Source: the human T2T-CHM13v2.0 reference genome, Homo sapiens. From it: a DNA stretch of 64,000 nt. Below the pieces are notes generated by a model. The model saw only the letters and a list, made by a program, of their open reading frames with translations, was not told the DNA's origin and did not search any database. The stretch lies in assembly GCF_009914755.1 (NCBI RefSeq), contig NC_060930.1; one strand, written 5' to 3'. Below, piece after piece: positions 43,522-57,672 of the stretch. The position numbers and the translations under genes are program-made. Each line of letters opens with the position of its first letter. Position 1 is the first letter of the stretch.

Positions 43522-45955
43522 AACATATGTTTTTTAATGGATCAGCCTGAGACTACTGTGGTAGGAATTGACATGATGCTGTAGGCAGAATAATGTCTAT
43601 GTCTTCATCCCTGGCACCTCTGAATGTGTTATATCTCATGGCAAAGGAGAGTTAAGATTGCAGATGGAATTAAGGTTGCTAATCAGATTTGGAGAGATAG
43701 GGAGATTATCCTGTATTATCCTGCTGGGCCCAGTGTAACCACCAGCACTCTTATAAATGAAAGAGGGAGACAGAAGAGAAAAGAAAAATTAGGAAAATAT
43801 AAATAATCCATTAACACAAGAAACACGACCACAAGAAAGAAGTGTTGAGTGAATGTCTGAATGAACAAAGATTTAATTACTTAATTCTGGGACAGTTTTT
43901 ATTATTCTTATGTGTCCAGGGAAGAAGGAAACTGTTTAATCATAAAATTGCTCAGATTTTGCTGTAAAGTAAGTTTCAGTTCTCTATATCTTCATACAGT
44001 TGCACTTTGTAAAATGATACAGCTTTATCTGAAAAAAAAAAATAAGTTGCCCTAATATAATACAGAAATCTTTTCCAGATCAAATCTTACTTTCACACTC
44101 ACGGAGTAAAAATTTTTCACTGAGTTGAAACACATTAAAACATGCTCATTATTTTACATGCCTAGGAAAATTTCGAATTCTTCATATTACTTTTCCCAGG
44201 CATCCAGATGGGTTCTAAGAAAAGTTCTAGTGAGATTATATTTCGTCTGTATGGTTAAAAGAAGGAGTATTGGCAGTCTCCTAATTTAGTGGTGGTTTTT
44301 AGCCCAAATTCCAGATTAAGGAGGTTTAAGTTTCTGCAATTACAGCTTTTAAAAACACAGCAATGAATCTTCACAGGTTTACCTTCATTACAAATTGTAT
44401 CACTAAGAAGATGAGAGAAAATAATATCTTTTGAAATTTTGTAGATCCATTCTCTGGATGTTATGGAGATCTCTCATCTTAACTCTAACACCTTTAAGGT
44501 ATCCAAGGAGAAAATCAGGTGCATGGATGGCAGGTCAACTTCGGGTATGCCTCTCTTACTAATCACTATTTTCATGGGGCCATAGAACTTCCTGTGGTTA
44601 ATGGTTGACACCTTCTGGTGGCCTGCAGGACAGGTGGCAAACTCAGACACATTGGGACTCAAAGGGGGTCTTGAGAGGTCGTTGAAATCTATTTCTCTGC
44701 CTTCAGGCAGAACCACTGGGGAAATATGAGATACCATCATAGTTTTAAAAGACTGTCAAGAAAGTAAATTCCAGGACATAAGAACAATAACTCCAGGAAA
44801 AAAAAAAACAAACCCTCAGTGTCTAGTAACCCTCAGTGTCAACCCTTATTTTCATTGTGGAGCTATTTTAAATTAATAAGCCTGGAAAATAGATACATGG
44901 CACAACTGATCTCTGGATGTCAACACATCAGTTAATTGCATATGACTCCCTAGAAAGTATATGTAACTCACAACTTGCACCTTACAAAAGAAGAGTTCAA
45001 AGTCCCTATCATTACTAAAGGGATTCTAAGCCAGAGTCACTTCCATTCTTTTCAGAATAAAATAGTGATTTCAGGAAGGTGAAACCACCTGTCACATTTC
45101 TATTTACCAGAACCAGTCAAGATTTGGGCTTTTTAAACTGCTTTGCCATTTCGTTTCTTCTCCTCATTGAAATTTACTTTTCATAGGAAACATGAATGTG
45201 AACATGTACTTTAAGGACTTAAAAGGAAATACACCCTTTAAATGTTAACGATGTCTATAATTATTTAGCACCTGCTTAAATAAAGACAGGAATTGCTCCA
45301 GAGTGTTACTTATTTTCATTGATCATAGGATCCTAGAGAAGGCAGAATTTTGTTGGGGGGAAAAATAACACCCCAAGAGAATGACAAGGGGAAACTACTG
45401 AAAAGCTATGATAGTTACAAATCAAAATGTTCCCAGGCAACTGCCATATCTCTGGTTTTCCTTGATCACATCAAATCTCAATTCATATAGCAAATTACAT
45501 CACGCTGTGGAGTTTGATGCTCTAACATCTGTACCGTAGAGCCAGGTGGTGTTTATGATTAGAAATACTTTCTCACACAACTTTTACTTTCTGAAGCTAT
45601 TATAATAATAGCCTCATGTGTTTGCTTGCTTGCTTAATTTTTTAATTTCGCTATTACTAATCCTTACCCAAACTTTTCATCAGAAGCATGAAGTCCCTCT
45701 CAATAGGATCAAACACATCAGGCCATCTATCCATCTCATCATTTTACTTGAAAGGTTCTCTCTGGGGGCCTTCCTTCCTTTTGCTCCATGTGACCAGGCT
45801 GCTTGGCCTGCTCCACGGGTGACACCCTGAAACTTGCTGTCTCCATCCACCTGGAAACTCCCTTTTCTTCTCTCCCAAGTTTGAGCCGTTGTTTTGGGGA
45901 CTCCATGTCTTCCTCTTTCTTGGTTTATTCTTTATTTACATAAGAAAAGCCTCAG

Positions 45956-46366
45956 AGCTGGGGGTGGTGGTTCACAGCTATAATCCCAACAGCTTGGAAG
46001 GCCAGAGGCAGGAGGAACACTTGATGCCGGGAGTTTGAAACCCACCTAGGCAACAAAATGAGATCCTATCTCTACAAAAATCTTAAAAATTAGCCACGTT
46101 GGTGGCACACACCTGTAGTCCCAGCTACCTGGGAGACTGAGCTGGGAGGATCACTTGAGCCCAGGAGCTGGTGGTTTCGGTGAGCTATGATGACACCACT
46201 GCACACCAACCTAGGCAACAGCACAAAGCCCTGTCTCAATAAAAGAAAGAAAGAGAAAAGAGAAGGAAAGAAGGAAGGGAAGAAGGAAGGAAGGAAGGAA
46301 GGAAGGAAGGAAGGAAGGGAGGGAGGGAGGGAGGGAGGGAGGGAGGGAGGGAGGGAGGGAGGGAGG
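45956..46366 (+). mobile_element. AluJ with tail expanded to (GGAA)n(GGGA)n
   Basis: Alu body 45956-46240, purine microsatellite 46241-46366. Confidence 0.9.
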
Positions 46367-46840
46367 GGCCTCCAAAGATTTCCCAAGAGAGAATACATGG
46401 GAAGTTGGGTTTTTTTGGTTTCTTTACTTGTTACATGTCTGGATGGGTCTTTATTCTGTCTTCATGGTTCATGAATAAGGACACAATTCTAGGTTAGAAA
46501 TAATTTCCACTGATATTTAAAACTGTGCTTCACTGTTTTTGAGCTTCTTGAGTTGATGCTGAGAAGCCTAATACTTATTATAATCCCCATTTCTTTATTT
46601 GCCATTCTCTTTCTGTCTGTCTCTCTCTCTCTCTCTCAAAACTTTTTGGCCTGTCTCTTTATTCCCAGTGTTATTAAATTTCACAATGTGCCCTGGTGTG
46701 AGTCTTTTAAATTCAATGTACTGAGTTTTGTTAGGCGTTTACAATCTGAAAATGTATGTCTGCCAGTTCTCAGAAGTTTCCTTACATTATTTCTATAATA
46801 TTTTTCCGACTTCCTCTGCTCTCTCTCTCTTACTCTTTCT

Positions 46841-46877
<37 letters not shown>

Positions 46878-46929
46878 CTCTCCCCTTGCTCTCTGGAAAG
46901 CCATTAGACATTAAAATTCCTATGCTAAT

Positions 46930-47293
46930 TGATATGATTTGGTTCTGTCCCCACCCAAATATCATCTTGAATTGCAGCTCTCCAATCCCCACATGTTGTG
47001 GAAGGGACCCGGTGAGAGGTCATCGAATCACAGGGGCAGGCTTTTCCCATGCTGTTCTTAGGATAGTGAATAAGTCTCATGAGAACTGATGGTTTTATAA
47101 AAGGGCAGTTTCCCTGCACACACTCTCTTGTCTGCTGCCATGTAAGATGTGACTTTGCTCCTCATTCACCTTCTGCCATAATTGTGATGCCTTCCCAGCC
47201 ATGTGGAACTGTGAGTCCATTAAGCTGCTTTCCTTTGTAAATTATCCAGTCTCAGGTATGTCTTTATTAGCAGTGTGAGAACAGACTAATACA
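46930..47293 (+). mobile_element. THE1 solo LTR
   Basis: tgatatgatttgg...gactaataca; TSD ctaat/ctcat. Confidence 0.92.
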
Positions 47294-47454
47294 CTCATCT
47301 TTTAAAGTTTCAGTACTGCACTCACTCTTCCTCTGCTGTGCCTGAGGGCTAAATGGCCCTGGTTCTTTATCTCCAAGAATAAATTCTTGTCTCTGACTGA
47401 GGTCATGGAAGTTCTCTGTAGAGTGAGTTTAACTCCTACTTAAAAGAACTTCTA

Positions 47455-48125
47455 ACCAGACATACAACTTGCCAATAAACATGAAAAAATGCTGAACATC
47501 ACTAAGCATCAGAGAAATGCAAATTAAAACCACAGTGAGATACCACCTCACACCAGTCAGAATGCCTAGTATTATAATGTCAAAAAAACAATAGATGTTG
47601 GCAAGGATGCAGAGAAAAGGGAACTCTTACACACTGTTGGTGGGAATGTAAATTCGTTCAACCCCTATGGAAAACAGTACAGAGATTTCTCAAAGAACTA
47701 AAAATAGAACTACCTTTCAACCCAGCAATCCCACTACTGGGTATCTACCCAAAGGAAAAGGAATCATTATATCAAAAAGACACCTGTACTCCTATGTTTA
47801 TTGTAACACTATTCACAAGAGCAAAGTCACAAAATCACATAAGTGTCCATCAGCAGTTGATTGGGTAAAGGAAATGCAGCATTTATACATCATGGAATAC
47901 TATGCAACCATAGAAAAAGAATAAATAATGTCCTTTTCAGCAACTCAGATGGAGCTGGAGGCCATTATCATAAGTGAAATAACTCAGTAACAGATAATCA
48001 AATACCACATGTTCTCACTTATAAGTAGAAGCTAAACAATGGCACACATAGACATAAAGATGGAAAAAATAGACACTGGAGGCTCCAAAAGAGGGGAGGA
48101 TAAGAGGGTTGAAAAATTACCTATT
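47455..48125 (+). mobile_element. L1PB/L1MA ORF2 end and 3' UTR
   Basis: catcagagaaatgcaaattaaaaccacagtgagataccacctcacaccagtcagaatg. Confidence 0.88.
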
Positions 48126-48443
48126 GGTTGCTTGAAATTGCTTATAGGGGGAGGGTGTGCAACACAGAAATCAACAAACACTACAAATCAAAGATTTTCT
48201 TGTTTTGCTAGAGAGTTTCTTAACCAGCACACCACTGCGGGAAGTCCTTACTTCTGAGCCTTCCCAAAGCTCTGTAGCACACATCAACTGTTTCTTTCAT
48301 ATTCTCTTTCTGCAGATTGTTCGATTTCAGTTGTCCATATTCTGCTGTCAGTCACCAATTAATCTCCTTTCTTGATCCTAGAAAGACTTGTTGACATCTA
48401 TCACCAATTGTCATCTCCTCTCCCACCAATCAGCCTATATTAC

Positions 48444-48807
48444 TGATATGGTTTAGCTCTGTGTCCCAACCCAAATCTCACCATGAATTGCAATAATCCC
48501 CACGTCAAGGGCAGGACAAAGTGGAGATAATTGAGCCATGGGGTGGTTTCTCCCATGCTGTTCTCGTGATAGTGAGTTCTCATGAGATCTGATGGTTTTA
48601 TAGGTGGCTTCCCCCTTCACTCAGCTCTCATTCTTCTTCCCACTGCCATGTGAAGAAGGACATGTTTGCTTCCCCTTCTACCATGATTGTAAGTTTCCTG
48701 AGGCCTCCCCAGCCACGCTAAACTGTGAGTCACTTAAACCCCTTGCCTTTATAAATTACCCAGTCTCAAGTGTGTCTTTATTAGCAGCATGAGAACAGAT
48801 TAATACA
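48444..48807 (+). mobile_element. THE1 solo LTR
   Basis: tgatatggtttagctctgtgtcc...ttaataca; perfect TSD attac. Confidence 0.92.
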
Positions 48808-51800
48808 ATTACTTTTATATAGAAAAGAAAATGGTTATATTTCAATTTCAACAATTCTTTGAAAATAAAATAACATGAGAATGATTTATCATATAATTTA
48901 CATGACATAAATATACATGCGATAGTGTTAATATACACAACTACACTTAAATCTTGGCTTTGCCATTTACTAGCTGTGTGAATTAGAGAAAGATACTTAA
49001 CTTTTCTGGTGTTCAATTTTTTTCATTTGATAAATAGCAAGAACACTACCTATCTTGCATGGATACAGTTTGAAATGGAAATGTGTATAAAATGAAAATA
49101 ATATACATCATGTGTATTAATGGCTCATACCAGATAGTCAGTATACAGTTGATATTATTAACATAAACATCAGTTATAATTTAAAATTATTTTGTATAAA
49201 TATATCCTCTAAAAATTTTTTAAACTATCATGCCTCAAGTCAAATGATGCAAAAGGAGGTTAACGAACTATTAAAACATCGTTTTGCTGCTATTTCCTGG
49301 AGAAAATATGACTTAATTAGTCAGACTGAAATGGATTATTTTAAAGTGTAAGTAATTTGCAGGTATTAATAGCTAGCATTGCCCCTAGTATGGTCCAGAT
49401 GGTCTTATCAGGTCTTATTGGGTTTCTTGTGCATTAAAAAACAGAGTTTAATGAGGCAATCGTACCCTAAAGCAGGTTTGCAATAAATTCAACAAATATA
49501 CTGGCACCTCTCCAAGTGTGTAATAAACAACCTCCTCTGCTCCTTGCGGCAAAAGAAAATACTCTTGACTCCAGAGCATCACTTGCCTTCAGTGAACAGG
49601 GCTGTTGTAAAAATGCTTTAGAGAGCAAATGCCTTTAAAGAACTCAAAGACTTGGACATTATCATTTCCATTTGGTGACAGAAGGTCCAAAGAAGCATCT
49701 TTCCTCACCTATACGTATCACTGAGTTGTGAGAGGAAATGAAGAACAGACATCGGTGGGGAGACAGAAGGAAATGTTAGCAAGTGGAGGGGTTTTATGAA
49801 GTCAGGAGGTAAAGAGAGAAAGAGAGAGAGAGGAAAAAGGAGGAGGACAAGGAGGAGAAAAAATGAAGAAGAAGAAAGAAGGGAGAGAGGGAGGGTGGAT
49901 AGAGAAATGCCCTCTCTTGGTTCTCAATGTCTCATCCACCTCCCTCATCCAAACCACAGACTAAAGCAGGCAAGGAAGTGGCTCCACCTTCTCCATTCCT
50001 TCAGAGGTCTGAAATATATCAATTATGTCCAGCAGGGTGATTATTTTTTAAACCTAACATAAGTAAGCCTTTCTGTTCTACTAGACTGTGCTCCTTAAGG
50101 GTGTAGAACATGGCTCATTCTTCTTTGCATCAACAATATTTAACACTTCTCAGATACATACTAGGCATCAATAAAAAAATTTTCTCATTAAAACATTTTA
50201 GGGCTTATATGCTCTATTTTTTTTCCCTGAGGTCCACTGCTTATACTGAACATGAAAAATTTAGCCTACATGTTAATAAAATCTTATATTTGGTCCTGGA
50301 TCATAAAAAAAATAAGTTAAAAGCCCATTTTCTATAAGAAATTTGGGTCTTCTGCTGATGGACAGAGACGTTCTTCACTGAGACACACTTTGTGAATTCG
50401 GGAGTGGTAATCTCTACCCTCAGAGGGCAGTGGGGGTCAGTCATTGAACTCTTATTCTAAAAAATAAAAACATTAAATAAAGTTAAAATTAAGGATGCTT
50501 TATGGAATTTCAGGGTTTCGATGATGTGTAAAGCTAATGGCAACAGAGCAAAATTTACTCCTTTAAGGAGAGGAGAGCCTGAACATATTTTTTAAATAAG
50601 TAAATATCAAGTTAGAAAGGTTTGGAAAATAGTTGTTAAAATTATAACAAAGCTCTCTACTTTTCTTTTATCTTTTTCTGTTTTTGGATATTGGTCGACT
50701 AAATTAATTATGTAACAAAAATTCAAGTAGGGATTTAATTTGCCTCTGCTGGTAACTCCAGATCTCTAGGGTCTCATTTGCAGGAGTGCTCCTGAGGCAC
50801 TAGGAGTGGATGCTAAAGAAGACTTTTTCAGACCAGAAGGGGAGAAAAGGGCTGCCCAGCATCCATGGGTAAGATAAGGTTGTCCCAGGTGGGGAAGATT
50901 TTGAAAACATCCTAAGGTGTTTTTACCTTAACATCTTTTGATAAGAGAATCAAGAGCATTTGATTCTCTTTTGATAAGAAAATCAAAAGATGTAAGCTAT
51001 TGGGGATATTCAAGTGGGGTCAGGGAGAGTCACATGCCTTTCCTTCATCTTCTAGTACAGTCTTGGGTAAGGTGCTCTGAGGTCTTCAAGGCAGTGTTGT
51101 CATATTGAAGGAGCAGACTGCATGTTAGACACTGAAAAAGACCTCTGATTACTCTGAGGATGACACTGTCACCCACTCAGGGTCGAGCTGAGAAAACCTT
51201 GTCCATGAGTTGTGATGTAACTATGCTTCATCTTCAGAAGCCGTCGTGGTGGCTACAGCCAAACAGCAAGCCCAGAGGAGCAACAGGTAGGGACAAAGAC
51301 ACAAACAGAGGTAGCTATAAAAGCAACATCCACTGAATGAGGCCAACAAGCACCAAGGCAGCAGGAAAATGATTACCAAGAAGAATGAGGTGCCATTTCA
51401 TCAGAAGGAAGGAGAAAGGATTGGGGTGTCAGCACCCTAGTAACTGTACTGGGTGGGTATTAAGATGCAAAGGCCAGAGCATGATCAATAGTCTCATTAG
51501 CTGTTTACAATGCTAAAGTCACCAGGAGAAATAAAAGTTGAATGTCTATTTATTTAATGGCATTTGTTAAGCTCCTCATCAAATGATGTGCCCAGTATGT
51601 GCTAGATTCTGAATATGAAACGGTGAGAGAAAAAAAATGTGCTTCCTGTCCTCCTTGAGCTAACAGTGTTGGGTCTAAATATTGCTTATAAACAGTACTG
51701 TTGGTTTTGTGGTAGTGGAGAACCCAAACACTTCTGTAGTTTTAAGACTTGTCCAATTATGTAATGGGCCACAGATCACACACAAGAGAATACTCAGAGA

Positions 51801-52563
51801 CCTGTATGGCAGATTTCACATCCAACCTAAAGATTCACTGGCTTAACTTTGAGTACAGTCACTTGAATTACTTACTGTTACTTGAATTAGTTACTTGAAT
51901 AGCTACTAAATAGGAACTGGTTTAAATAGTCATGACCTTGTGTAAACTGAAAACAGAAATTCATTAATACTCCCAATCTAATTGCATTTGGAAAATACTT
52001 GCAGAATCATGGAGTTGGAAAGTCATTACCTACTCAAAGAGACAATCCAGTCTCCTGCTTCTCTGTTTATTTATTCATTCATGTTGCAAATCCTGAATGA
52101 GTGCCTACTGCATACCGGCAATGTAAGTACAAATCCCTCGCTCTAATGATACTTAAATTCTAGTGTTAAAGACAGACATAAGAAAACAAGAAAAAGTGAA
52201 TAAATAATTTTCCAGTCGCGTTAAGTGCAATGAAGAAAAAAAAATAAGAAAGCAGGGTAGTGGTTAGGGAAAGGAAGGAAGGGAAAGAAGGAAAAAAATG
52301 CGGGATGGAGGAAGAGAAAGATGGGGCGGGCACTCTCTTACCCAGAGAGGGTCAGGAAGGCCTTCTCTTCGAGCAGATACCTGTGCATAATGAGGGTCTG
52401 AGCCACGCAAAGATCAGGGAGAAGAGCTTTCCAGGCAGAGAGAACAGGAGTGCAGGCCTGAAGCTAGACCAGGGCAGCCAAGGCAGAGTGAGGAGAAAAT
52501 TGTGGGAAATGTTGCAGTCAGGGGCTAGATCTGCACAGACCACCCTCAGACATTTGCATTTCT

Positions 52564-52566
<3 letters not shown>

Positions 52567-52617
<51 letters not shown>
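52567..52617. repeat. (TG)~25 microsatellite
   Basis: Direct reading; lies within or next to an L2 remnant (~52060-52650). Confidence 0.95.
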
Positions 52618-52618
<1 letters not shown>

Positions 52619-53138
52619 CTTTTTAAATGATGAGAAGCTGTTGGAGTGACAGGACTTCTTTTCAGCTGCCAAGCTTTTTGTGTTTGCACTTTTCCTTAAC
52701 GCTTCTTCCAGATTAGGTTCTCCTTAAATTCTGTTTGCGGCTGGAAGTGATCCTAGACACCTCTGGCTCAGCTTCCCAACTCATGCAGGTAAGAATCTCG
52801 TTCAGAAGTGGTCATTAGACCTTCCAATGAGAGCACAAAAAATTGGAACTTCCAATGGGAGCACAAATGTTTACAATGATGGTGCGTCTAGGATGAGAAT
52901 GAGAGAGCCCATTCTATGCGCGTCACTGTGAGCATGGAAAATCAGGTGTGACTGCCAGAGAGTAGTTTTCATGTATATCCATATTAGCAGGACTTCCTCC
53001 ATGACCCTCCATCTCAGTGAAGAGAGAACTTATTTTCATGTCCACATTGTGGATATACTAGTTCTTTCTCATCCTACACGTAGACATGTAGCTGGGAGTG
53101 TTGCAACAGGCCAGGTCAATGGAATAGAATAACAATAG

Positions 53139-53500
53139 TGTCTTAGTCAGCTCAGGCTGCTATAATAAAGTGCCATAGGCTGGGTGGACTATGAACAACA
53201 GAAACATTTCTTACAGTTCTGGAGGCTGGAAGTCCAAGATCAAGCTGCTAGCATGGTCAGGTTCTGGTGAGGGTCCTCTTCTGAGTGGCAGACTATTGAC
53301 TTCTTGCTGTGTCTTCACATGGTGGAAAGAAAGCTAGCTAGCTCTCTGGCCTTTTCTTATAAGGGCACTAATCCCATTCATGAGGGCTCCACCCTCATGA
53401 CCTAATCACCTTCCAATGGCTCGATCTTCAAATACTATCACATTGGGATTAGGGTTTCAACATAAAATTTTGAGGAGACACAAACGTTCAGTCCATTGCA
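53139..53500 (-). mobile_element. MLT1A/MSTD-type solo LTR
   Basis: tgtcttagtcagctcaggctgctataa...cagttctggaggctggaagtccaagatcaag; TSD aatag/aacag. Confidence 0.88.
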
Positions 53501-54296
53501 AACAGCTGCTATCATAGAGTTCCTATCAAGTGCCATTTGCTGTGTACTTAAATACATCATCTCTAATTTTCAAAACCATCTCCTAAAATACCATCTTTTT
53601 TTTTTATAGGAGAGGAACCTGAAGCTTAGATAGATTATGGAACTCGCTCGAGATCATACAAGAAGTGGCAATGCTGGGATTTGAGCCCACGATTGACAAA
53701 GCTTTTATTCTTTGCATTCTACCATGCTGCCTCCAAATAGGTCAAATGACTAGAAAAAGAGATTTAGGTTCATAATTGTCACTATGCATTTTTCCTACTA
53801 TGGGAACAATTATGAACAATTCCATATGTGTCCAATTTTATAACAATAAAGCGCAAAAGAACATCTGTATCTTTCTGTTGTAGGGTAGCAGCCTTGAAAT
53901 TTGTATCTTGGTTTATTGTATTAGATATTTCTTTAAATAAGCAGACCTTAATTGAAAAGTGGAAAATGTTTATCATATCTAATATGAATATTTTTAAATA
54001 AATAATTTTACTTAAGGAATTTCCTAGAACCTGAAATTGCTTTACTCTGTATAAATCTTATTTATACATCAGTGTACTGTGGGAAGTTAAAAAAATCTTA
54101 TTTAAATACAGACATATAGCTAAACTGCAGAGAACAAAGCATTATTTCAGCGTTATTTATAAGTACTGGTACTTTTCTGTTGCTATTTTTCTAACAGAAT
54201 CTGGCTCAGGACTGTCTCATTTTCATTTTCACCTCTCTGTCCTTGGTTTTGTTAATTCCATGTATTTTAACTTTGCACTTCTTGAAGCATAGCTGG

Positions 54297-54338
<42 letters not shown>

Positions 54339-57189
54339 CTTTCTCTGTCTCTCTCTCTCCCTCACACACATACACCTGTGTGCACATCTTCCACAGAAAA
54401 ATTAACTCCATGGCAGATAGTTGTGCAGAATAGAATACATTTTGCCAGACCAACAAATCAGAGACAAGCCAACTCTCAGGCTCCAGATCCGGTGTCCCAC
54501 TAACTCCTTTATTTAGCTCAATGCTGGAGTAACACACTTCAGATAAAGATTTTGCCCTGGTGGCTATAGACTATGAATCTGCTACACTAGTCTTCACAAA
54601 CCAATAAGCACTAGGTAGCCGGACTAGAGCATTAAATGTTCAAGATATTGTCATTCAATCTCCATAATAAATAGATAACAAAGCCAAGGTCTTACTAAGG
54701 GGTTACTTGATAGTTAGGAGGTGAAATGAGACTAGATCCCAGGTCTTCTTACCTCTAGGAAAATTGTCTTCCTTCAAAACACCATGCTTTCCCCTGAATT
54801 TGAGATCACAAAAAACAAAAACAAAAACAAAAAAACTATGTCTTCTAGAAATACCAGAATTAGAACACATCTATATGAAAATCCTTGTCCTCTGATAGCA
54901 GTCACCTGTGATTTCCCGGGATAGAGCTCATTCTTCTTCCCCATCTTCCCAGGCCAGTGATAGTAACTTCTTTCCTTTGAAATGCTGCAATGCCTGTGAG
55001 CACTCACCTGTAGGGACTTCAGAATTCAGAACAAATCCTTGCTGAAATGGAAGGGCGGCAGAAAGAACATTGCCTCTTCCTGTGTAGAACTTTTATGGGA
55101 TTTCTCCCAAGTGTGTAATATGTGTGTGGTGGTATTTTACGAAACTTTCATGAGAGTACTTCACTTCAGTTCTCCTCTGCCTTTTATGGTAATCCCGCTC
55201 CTATTATTTTTCTGTTAACTGAGATTTTATTTTTAAATATTAAATTGTGATTACGAAAAGAAGTTCTTTATTCCCAGAGCCACACTCATGTATATGTAAC
55301 TTCTTCTGACTTATGTGGAAGCAACTCCCACGTTGGAGTTTCAGCCCTGGTCCCATAATTTGCAAGCATTAAATGGAAGCCTCATATTGCAATGCAAATT
55401 ATAGTACCCAGGGACTGGCAGTATAATCACCCAGTTACAAAAAAAGGTAAAGAGGAGATGAAATTACCATAATGGGCCACAGAAAATACACAAGAGAATG
55501 TTCAGAGGCCTGCATGGCAGGTTTCATCACTATTCTAAAGATATGCTTGCTTTCCTCTGAAAATGTAAGGAAAGATGTTGTTGGCTCCACCTTGATGGAA
55601 CTTGATCTTCAGCTGCTTTTACGATAGTGATGGACTGGGCTGAATTATTCATATCTTCTCATCCAAAGTGTGAAATGGCTAACCATGATTTGGGATCGTT
55701 TTAGAAGCTGAACTGCAATGGACAAGTAGGTTGAAATATGGAAACATGGGGAGTGAGAGAGAACAGCATCTAGCAGGAGGAAGAGGATCATGCCAAGGTC
55801 TTGAGACAGGAAGCCCTGTTTGAAGAGAAGCACAGTCCAGCCAGGCTAGAGCTGGGGTGAGACATTTCTGGCACATAGTGATTTCAACTGAAGTCCAGCT
55901 TAGAGCCTGGGCCCTGGACCCCAGTGAATCAGCTCATCTGAAGGGAGAGCTCCCTCTGATACTTAAACATCCCTGGGCCAGGGTTCTAGAAAGCCTGCTC
56001 TAAGGGGAATGAAGGGAGACCTGAACTCTTCAATATCGATTCTTAGGATCTCTTCAATTAGCGGCAAATTACTATTTTCCTAGCCTGATACATAAAAGAA
56101 TGCTGAACATAGGAGGTTCTTACTGAAATCATTTGGAAACTGACAAGAAAAAAAGTAGGACTTTAAGAAATATTTTCCCTAAGATTATGACCTCACCAAT
56201 GCAAGTACTGGATGGTGTTATAAACAAATGTTTGAAAGATGACTTTAAAATGAAGATATAAGTAATTACATAGTGAGGCTTACAGTTTACAGCTGAAAAA
56301 ACAGCTGTTCTATGGGTTCTTGTGACTTTTGAAAATATTTCCAGAGACACAATCACATCTGGACTCCAAAAATACAGTGTCTTAAACACCACAGAACTGA
56401 CCACGATTTGCTCTAGAAAACAGTATTAATTCTACAGGAGGTTCCAGAGATGACAAAGCCCCTGCCGTCAAAATTACACATAAGGAATTTAAATGGAACT
56501 GTTTGATGAAATGTGAGTGATGATATTAAATTCTAAATTAGTATCTTATATTTTAAGCATGCATGTATAGCTAAATTAATAATTTAAATATAGCTAGGTA
56601 GACATTTGACTATCTATCAATTAAATTAGCTCCCCTCAAAAAATGTTGAGATTTATGGAGAGGATCTTCTAACTGGAAAAAAAAAAAAAAACACCACGGG
56701 GCTCTACTCTGAATGCCAGGTTCCCTTATATTTCGACATATGCAGTATTTTGAGAGTAAACCCTGCAGGACTTGATAGGTAGGTAGGATGTTGAGTGAGG
56801 GAGGAGGATAAGTCAGGTAAGTAGGTGGTGGTGTTACCAACTGAACTAGCCAATGGTAGAGACACAGTTTCACAGGTGGTAGGGTGGGCAAAGGGATATT
56901 AAAAACTCACTGCTGGCAAGTAGTTGAAAGAGAGTTAGTGTTGGTTTGGCTGCTCTGGTTGGCTCTGCCATCCCAACCCTTCCCCATGGCTGACCCTGAG
57001 GAGTTGCAAGTTTCTTTACCACCCCTGCTGCCTTCCTTTTCTCCCTTAACTTCAGACTTCTCTTCGGCATCTTCCCTGAGCGCTCCCGTGAATTTGAGCT
57101 GGCCAGTTCCAAGCAGGGACAGCAGCCAAATGGTGGATCCACTGGAGGAACAGCAGCTGCAGATTGGAGATGCATTCTCATTAACCACA

Positions 57190-57672
57190 CTTTTTTGTTT
57201 TCAACTTTCCTTTTAGGTTCAAGGGGTCCATGTTCAGGTTTGTTTGATAAATTGCATGTTGTGGGCATTTGAGTCACTCAGATAATTTTGTCACCCAGGT
57301 AATCAGCCTAATACCTGATAGGTGGTTTTTCAGTCCTCACTCTCCTCTCACCCACCTTCACCCTTAAATAGGCCCCAGATCTATTGTTCCCTTCTTTATG
57401 TCCATGTGTACTCAATATTTTGTTCCCACTTCTAAGTAAGAACATGTGGTATGTGGTTTTCTGTTTCTGCTTTAATTCACTTAGGATTATAGACTTAGGA
57501 TAATGGCAGCCAGCTGCATCCATGTTTCTGCAAAGGCCATGATTTCATTCCTTTTTATGGCTGTGTGGTATTCCATGGTATATATGTACCACATTTTTTT
57601 TATCGAGTCCACCATTGATAGGCATCTAAGTTGATTACGTGTCTTTCCTATTGAGAAGAGCACTATGAACGA
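57190..57672 (-). mobile_element. L1PA/L1PB 3' end
   Basis: IKKMWYIYTMEYHTAIKRNEI peptide and 3' UTR. Confidence 0.88.

Noticed and set aside
56870-57277. Overlapping ORFs on both strands
   Set aside because: No recognisable protein; runs into an L1 tail
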